A stretch of 42,356 nucleotides of DNA, from the NCBI RefSeq assembly GCF_004010195.1, contig NC_057711.1, positions 74,287,383-74,329,738 on the forward strand, in the 5' to 3' direction. Source of the stretch: Chiloscyllium plagiosum. Taxonomy: Eukaryota. Made by a program: the position numbers and the translations under genes. Below are positions 34,795 through 42,356 of this stretch, piece after piece. Numbering within the stretch: the first letter of the stretch is position 1; each line of letters opens with the position of its first letter. The notes beneath the pieces are model-generated. The model did no database searches, was not told where the DNA came from, and worked only from the letters and a program-made list of their open reading frames with translations.

Positions 34795-36072
34795 AGTGTC
34801 AGCACAGTTTTATGAAGGACAAGTCATGTTTGACAAACTTGCTGGAGCTTTTTGAGAATGTAACCTGCGAGGTGATAAGGGGATCTGGTGGATATGTTAT
34901 GTCTAGACTTCCAGAAGGTAGTTGACTAGATGCTGCATAAAAGACTGATTTAAAAGGTTGCATTACAGAGGGGTAAGTGAGGGTCTTAGATAGAGGTTTG
35001 GCTGACTGACAGACAGTAGAAGGTCAGGATAAATGGGTTCTTCTCTGGATGGCAAACTATAAATAGTGGGGTGCCTCAGGGTTCAATTATTGGATGTCAA
35101 CTATTTATAATCTATGTAAATGATCTGCAAGCAGGGGCATAGTGTAACATCGCAAATACTAAAATAGGTGGGAAAGCAGGTAATGATGAGGGGGTTAAGA
35201 GTTTATAGATGGGTATTGATAGGCTAGGAGAATGGGCTAGAGCCTGGCAGAAGCAGCTTAATGTGGATAAGTGTGAGGTTGTCCACTTTGGCTAGAAAAA
35301 AAATAAAGTGACAAGTTATTATTTAAGTGGAAAGCAGATCCAAAGAGTGCCAGTGCAGAAGAATCTGAGTCTCTGTGCATGAATCATAGAAAGAAAGTGG
35401 GTATGCAGGTGCAGCATATAATAACAAAGACAAATGGAGTCCTGGCAGTTTTGGCAAAAGGACTGGATTATGAAAGTTTAAAAAATATTATTACAATTAT
35501 ATATGGCATTGGTGCAAATACACCTGGTGTATTGTGTTCAGTTTTGACTTCCTTACTTGAGGAAGAATGTGGTGATTTGGAGGCAGTTCATAGGAGGTTC
35601 AGTAGGCTGATTCCAGGGACGAAAGGGCTGTTGTATGTTGAATGATTGAATAGTTTGGATTTGTATGTGCTGGTGTTCAGAAGAATGAGGGGAGATATAG
35701 TTGAGGTGCATAAAATGCTAAAAGGGTTTGATAAAATGGATGTTGATCAGATGTTCCCCTTGTGAGATGTCCAGAACAAGATGTAATAGCTATAGAGTGA
35801 GAAGAAGTAAAGTGAAGAACTGAGTTGAAGAGAAACTACTTCCCTCAGAGAGTTGTGAATCTGTGGAACTTACTGCATCAGAGTGCAATGGAGGCAAAAT
35901 CAAACTACAGATTCAAGAAAGAAATAGATGTGTTTCTGATGAGAAGTGCGAATAAGAGAGCAGACAGGAAGGTGCAGTTGAGACCAAGAAAAGATCATGA
36001 TAATGTGAAATGGCGGAGCAGGCTCAAAAGGCTGATTTGTCCACTCCCATTTCTAGTTCCTATGTTCCTATG
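34795..36072 (+). mobile_element. Old CR1 LINE, RT to 3' end, degraded
   Basis: Decayed KSCLTNLLE, LDFQK and GVPQGS motifs; RNYFPQRVVNLWNLL; TTCCTATGTTCCTATG tail. Confidence 0.88.
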
Positions 36073-36638
36073 ATCGTGTGTTGTGCTGGAAGCCCGAGTA
36101 GCCTCCTCCTGGTATACCAGGGGAACTGGAGCACTAATACAGGCTGTTATTAGACCAAAGGCTGTAGCCAAAACGAGGAACATGATGGGTTACCCCTCTC
36201 ACCGATCACTCCACCTGCTCTGCATCTCAACTACTTGACATTAGCAGAAGATGTCAGAGAACATGTCTATTTTGCGGCACTCACTTAACTGCTTTCGCAG
36301 TGGTGGAGCTGCCAACTGGGCATTGCAATGGGTCCTCTGATTAAACCCCAATAGAACCAGGCGTCCTCACTGCCTGACTGAAAGAATTATTATTTTTTGG
36401 AAAAACTGCTATTAAAATCATCTGAAGCCAATTCCAGTATTTCTGTAGCCTAGAATTATAGGCCAAAAACTAAAAACTAAGTGGAGCTCAGATTCTCAAT
36501 CGCACAGTAATTGTGTTACTCCTGTCCGCTGAGTGTATTCCCCTCCATAAAGTGTACACGTTATTGTATCCATTTTTATTTTCATTTGTAGTATCAGAGA
36601 AAGGGTGCCTTCCTCTTGTAGTGTCGCCTTCCTTCTAA

Positions 36639-36929
36639 TTAGATTAGATTCCATATAATGTGGAAACAGGCCCTTTGGCCCAACAAGTCCACGCTGACCC
36701 TCTGAAGAGTAACCCACCCAGACCCATTCCCCTACCTATCAGTATGGGTAATTTAGCATGGCCAATTCACCTGACCTGCACATCTTTGAGAGGATTGTGG
36801 GAGGAAACCCACGCAGACACGGGGAGAATGTGCAAACTCCACGCAGACAGTCGCCCAAGGCTGGAACCGAACCCAGGTCCCTGGCGCTGTGAGGCAGCAG
36901 TGCTAACCATTGAGTCCCTGTGCCGTCCC
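36639..36929 (-). mobile_element. HE1-type V-SINE
   Basis: Homologous to 25833-26158 with small deletions; (TAATC)n tail. Confidence 0.92.
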
Positions 36930-37749
36930 TAATGTATATGTCCCACTACTTCAAACTGAATGGTTTCATATTGGCCTTCCACTTTTCAAAGCCCATTTGC
37001 AGTTTTTAATTTGATGACATGCCCAAATCATGCCTCTTAATTGGACCATTTGGGTAATGTCAAAATTGAGCAACTGTACTCCTCAGAGTATGGGCCTATT
37101 GGTTTCATTGGAGCTTGACAGCGAGGCTCAGAAATCTGCAGGGAAAACCCAGCCCCAAGTATTGCTTAAAACCCAAAAGTGTTACTGGACACATAGTGGT
37201 ATCATTGGTATGTGCAGTGAGAATTTCTGTTTTGCAGATGCTAGACAAAGTAGGAATGTTTGTGATGAAAGCTATCACAGCTAATATAAATGCAATGAGA
37301 TTTGTTTTAAGATACATTCATGGCCAGTTATAGTTATGCACAAGGAAGGTTTCCAAGACTGCAAAATCACTATTAATCTATGTGTAGGTGGATCAATTTG
37401 CAATCATGATGACATGCTTTCCAACAGCAAGACGCATGGAGAAGTATAAATTTAGCAATTAGAACTACTGTCACCGAAAGTTCTTAAGTGTCAGCCTCTA
37501 CTTCCCTCTGTTATCCCAACCAGAATCTGATGGAATAATGAATGAAAATGAAATAGAATCAAGCGGTCAGTTTTGCCACTGCCTCAATAGTCTAACTTGT
37601 AGAAATACAGTCCTTTGAAGAACTCAGACTGACATCATATTCTCACATAGTGACTCATAAACAGAATGCACAATTGTGTACTACCTCATTATACTGATTT
37701 AATAAAATTAGAAATATGCACAATGAATAAGGCAAAGCAAGAAAATAAA

Positions 37750-37850
37750 TGATATCCATTTACACAGCATTTTTTATGACTACAGGATGCTCCAAAGTAC
37801 TTGTCAGGCAATGGATTACTTTTGTAATATAATCACTTTATAATACACAG
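37750..37850 (-). mobile_element. Decayed L2-tail-type SINE 3' end
   Basis: CATTTACACAGCATTTTTTATGAC..GATGCTCCAAAGTACTT loosely complements the L2 tail at 13480-13530. Confidence 0.3.
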
Positions 37851-40799
37851 GTGCTATGGTACCAGTGAAGCCAGAAGTTGTTTGCCTTGTAGTTATAAAG
37901 CACTTCATTGCATAGAGATTCAATCTTATTCAATTGAACAACAACAATTGAATGTTACAGTAATTTATTAAAGTCTTGCATGTGTGGACTTGCTAATGTG
38001 ACTGCATTTGAGCTGGTTGACAGTGAGCATCTGATGATACTTGTTTTGTTTTGTACTCTGCTGGCAATGCTTGCCTTGCGATGATACAGCAATCTTTTCT
38101 TCCCCTCAATATTTGTACCTCGACACAAAAAGAGGTTATAAAAATTAGCCTAGGAGAGTTGCAGCTTTGCCATACAGAGACCGTCCAGTTTGACTTAGTC
38201 ATTGGCAAGCAATCAGATGGGATGGAGTGCACCTCACCCACTTTATCTACATATTTCATTCACCATCTCCATCGTGAAAGTTAACTTTACCTTTCCCATT
38301 TGCTTTGCTCAGCCTAACTGGCAATCTCAGTGACTCCCTCTTCCTCTTCTGTGACCTGAAAACTTCTCCTCCAATCTGTCCTGTTCTGTGAGCATTATGA
38401 GCTCTATACTCTTGCAACTAAGGGCAATAGAAATATAAGAAAGGCACTACTGTCTTCTACATCCAGTGCAAGCATCTAACCGAAATAAGAAACTGAAAGT
38501 ATCAGTGTTGACAATCTTCAGCACTGCAATGCCACTGAATCTTGCTGAGGGGTCTGTAAATACTTTTAGGTACACACTTGCCCCATTTTCAGGAACACAT
38601 TAAACCCTCAAGGTGGCTGAGTACATGAACAAATAACTTGCAGCTAGGAGGAGCGGGATCAATGCAGGAAAACGTTCAATTAGTTTTCTTCACTCTAGCA
38701 AGATGAGTGCAATATTAGATTGCTATGATAGGCCTGTAGGTAGTCAACTTTCAGTAAAAACACCAGTTGCTGATCTTGAGGCTGGAACAGTCAGAAGGAA
38801 ATAAATGGTTTCTTTTTGTGCTGCACTACTGTAACATAATGTAATGGAACATTTAATAGGATTTTAAAATAACAAAACTTGTTTGAAATAAAGTTTTGAG
38901 AATTAAAGCATGAGTTCATTTTGAATTCTTGTGGACATTTTTTAAGTTAATCTTCAAATGCCAAAGTTCCCTCCATATCTTTCAGACATCTATTGCTGAA
39001 TTTTGGGATATTCTATTTGCTACACATGCACAAAATGTACCAATGTGCCTGTAATTTTCAAAAGAATCTGGAGAATCAAAATCAAGTCAAAGTCTTGATG
39101 TAGAAACATAACGGCAGCACAAATTACTAATAAATGTTTCAGAGCAAATTTAATCTAACTGTTATGAAATAAGCACTTACTTAATAAATTTTAAATATTT
39201 AACTATTTGAATTGGAATTTTGAAACTGGTGGGCAAATGTCTAATTGGTGAATTCTTATGTCTAGGTATTTTCTAATCAATATGTTCAAAGATGTTCTTA
39301 CAAACTTCTGGTCCACCTCTTGTTCCACCATTGCATCACAAGAGCCCACATAGCGTTAATGTTTACTCATTCACATTTGGTCTTCATTTGCCATGCATAT
39401 TTCATCACTTCGCAATTTTGGATTTTAACAACATTGCTTTGATTTCCTTTCATGTTTCCTCAGTTCTAAATTGCCATTCATTATGGCAACTTAAAAACTG
39501 TGATAGGGAAGAGATGTTAATATATGTAGGAATTTGTGCTATGGGCGAGATGAGCTGAATTGTATCACTTTAAATTAATTTGCATGGAATCAACCAAAGC
39601 ATTTCAACAGATGATTATTTTTAAAATAACAATCTGAAAGAAAAGATGAAAGGATCAGACAGTTAAGTGCATTTGCCTAATAAAGTGAGAGCAATAATCA
39701 TTATTTTATAGGCATTGCCCTGCAAAATGCAAATTGAGGTCCATGTTCAATTCAAATTAAAAGGTTACATTCCAATATGGATGCAATCCATAGAGAACAT
39801 CATTACTAAGTCTGTAAGAGCCAGGGAAGCTCGGAAAATGAAGTCTTTTTATGGCAGTTAATAAAGTTATGCCTGGTCCACTCCTAAGCTACTGTCAACT
39901 TGGCTGCCTTCCAATATTGTGTCATCAGAATACCCTTTAATACAGCAGATGGTAATGTCTTTTCTCATCAGTGCAGAATGGACATTAAGGGATCGGGCTG
40001 TAGGGGTGGGGTTCATAGTTCTGACAATCAATTTGAGCTTTTGGTCAGGTATGAAATAGGATGTGAACGTACCTTGGCAGGATTATGTGTCAGTGGACTG
40101 AGACTTAATTGAAAATGCCGCACGTCATGTCAAAAGGTCAAATTAAGTACTATCACGTTTGTGTTTAAAGTCAGATATAACAGATGGGAATTTTGTGACT
40201 GGCTGGCTTAATGAACACTAGCAATGATATATCATGGATCATAGTTATATAGACAACTCAGTCATCATTTCATAATTTTCCTAATCAATGTGTTATTTAA
40301 GGATTGGATAAGAGCAACTGATCATTGTAGGTAAGTTGTTAATGTGAGTTCCGACTTATTGCAAACACATAAATTATGTTCTCTATAATAATTGTACAGG
40401 GAAAACAACTCAAACATTACTACTGTTTTTTGTCTTGTCTTTATGGAAGCGTTTTGCAACCTTCTCCTTAAAGAGATAAATATACAAGATGGAAAAAATT
40501 GCATCATAAATCACCAGCAGAGAAGTGACTGGATGGTACCTCCATGTCAATGAATGAGTTTCCTCTGAACTCTGAATATTAACAGTTTACTGATTAACTT
40601 CAAATTGTGCCTGACTATGCCAATAGTCTTATGCCTTTAATGTGAATGTTACATAGTTTGATCCCTTGAAAATCATCACTATCTATCATGGTAAATGCTA
40701 CTTATCAGTTCGAGCCTCAGTGTTGCTCAGGTCTTACTCACGCAGGCAAGGTCTACTTCAGAAACTAAATATAGATGTCTGTGTTGATGGTAATGCGAA

Positions 40800-41136
40800 T
40801 ATCATAGAATCCCTACAGTACGTAAGCAGATGACTTGACCCATCAAATCCACATCGATAATCTGAAGAGCATCCCACCCAGATCCACCCAATCTTATCCC
40901 TATAACCCTGCACTTCCCATGGTTAATCCACCTAGCCTGCATATCCCTGGATGCTATGGGCAATTTAGCATGGCCAATTCACCTAACCTGCACATCTTTG
41001 AACTGTGGGAGGAAACAGGAACACCTGGAGGAAACCCACACAGACACAGGAGAATGTGCAAACTCCATATAGACAGTTGCCCAAGGATGGAATTAAACCC
41101 TAGTCCCTGCCACTTTGAGGCAGCAGTGCTAACCAC
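40800..41136 (-). mobile_element. HE1-type V-SINE, older copy
   Basis: GGGCAATTTAGCATGGCCAATTCACCTAACCTGCACATCTTTG..GAGGCAGCAGTGCTAACCAC is shared with the other copies; many CpG-type changes. Confidence 0.9.
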
Positions 41137-41296
41137 TTACTTGAATTTCATTTTAAGTAACACCATGACCCTTTCATATTTTATTTGCATTTCATACATT
41201 TTAAAGATGTAGTCTCACAGTTATATGGTACCTTTCACATTCTAAGCCACTTACTAATGTATGCACTCTTTTTTTAATCAAATATCACAGTTAATA

Positions 41297-41790
41297 TTTT
41301 TAAAATTCATTTGTGCACCGTGGATATTGCTGACTGGCCAGAAACTATTGCCTGTCCCTAGTTGCCCTTGAGTAGGTGGTGGCAAGCTACCTTCTTGAGC
41401 TGCTGCAGTCCATGTGCTGTAGGTTGACCCACAGTGTCCTTAAGGAGGCAAGTGTGGTATTTTGATTCAGTGATAGTGAAGGAATGATGGTATATTTCCA
41501 AGTCAGGATAATGAATGACTTAGTGGAGAACTTGCAGATGGTGGTGTTTAATGTATCTGTTGCCCTCGTCCTTCCAGATGGAAGTGGTCATGGGTTTGGA
41601 AGGCGCGGTCTAAGAATCTTTGGTGTGTTTCTGCAGTGCATCTTGTAGATATTACTCACTGTTGCGACTGAGTGTCGGTGATGGAGGGAATGGATGTTTG
41701 TGGATATTATGCCAATCAAGTGGGCTGCTTTGTCCTGATTATGTCATGTGTTTTGAGTGTTGTCAGAGCTGTACTCTTCCAGGTGAGTCC
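41297..41790 (-). mobile_element. Old unclassified LINE 3' region
   Basis: Same family as 33090-33936, inverted. Confidence 0.7.
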
Positions 41791-41801
41791 AGTTAATTTC
41801 T

Positions 41802-41893
41802 AGCTGAAAATGTGTTGCTGGAAAAGCGCAGCAGGTCAGGCAGCATCCAGGGAACAGGAGAATCGATGTTTCGGGCATAAGCCCTTCTTCAGG
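41802..41893 (-). mobile_element. PLE family B terminus with hammerhead motif (stem III mutated)
   Basis: Reverse complement reads CCTGAAGAAGGGCTTATGCCCGAAACATCG..., 89/92 identical to 11-102. Confidence 0.88.
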
Positions 41894-41899
41894 CTTAAG

Positions 41900-42356
41900 C
41901 CCAACCCAATCTAGTCCCATTTGCCAGCACATGGCCCATATCCCTCCAAATTCTTCCTATTCATATACCCATCCAAATGCCTCTTAAATGTTGCAATTGT
42001 ACCAGTCTCCACCACATCCTCTGGCAGCTCATTCTGTACACGTACCACTTTCTGCATGAAAAAGTTGCCCCTTAGGTCTCTTCTATATATTTCCCCTCTC
42101 ACCCTAAACCTATGCCCTCTAGGTCTGGACTCCCCGACCCCAGGGAAAAGACTTTGTCTATTATTCCTATCCATGCCCCTCATAATTTTGTAAACCTCTA
42201 TAAGGTCACCCCTCAGCCTCCGACGCTCCAGGGAAAACAGCCCCAGCCTGTTCAGCCTCTCCCTGTAGCCCAGATCCTCCAACCCTGGCAATATCTTTGT
42301 AAATCTTTTCTGAACCCTTTCAAGTTTCACAACATCTTTCCGATAGGAAGGAGACC
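41900..42356 (-). mobile_element. HER1-type CR1 LINE ORF2 C-terminus, runs off window; 3' tail missing
   Basis: LERVQKRFTKILPGLEDLGYRERLNRLGLFSLERRRLRGDLIEVYKIM (ORF 41911-42330). Confidence 0.95.

Overview
Non-genic, AT-rich vertebrate DNA, almost certainly from a cartilaginous fish (shark), judged from HE1-type V-SINEs and their partner HER1/CR1 LINEs recognised from memory of these families (no database search was run). I found no host exon, rRNA, tRNA or CRISPR. The window is a layered set of transposon remnants: young and old CR1 LINEs, an L2 3' end, an unclassified LINE/SINE pair, three decayed Gypsy elements (two largely missed by the ORF track), a solo LTR, and about ten Penelope-like (PLE) pieces. 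The most interesting signal is in the PLE termini, which carry minimal hammerhead-ribozyme motifs (CTGANGA-stem II-GAAA-palindromic stem III). Two cores are essentially intact (12-39 and 25009-25036). Four distinct PLE-derived families form ~200-280 bp foldback elements with one shared layout: TSD, tail-less inverted arm, spacer, arm plus ~35-nt tail, TSD. In one of them (33309-33560) the arms differ at 11 of 22 ribozyme-core positions but only 2 of the other 78. Hammerheads in PLE termini are already known, so any novelty lies in the repeated hairpin architecture and the mutation clustering. Three N gaps (10436-10935, 27103-27493, 29548-29601) hide parts of elements.
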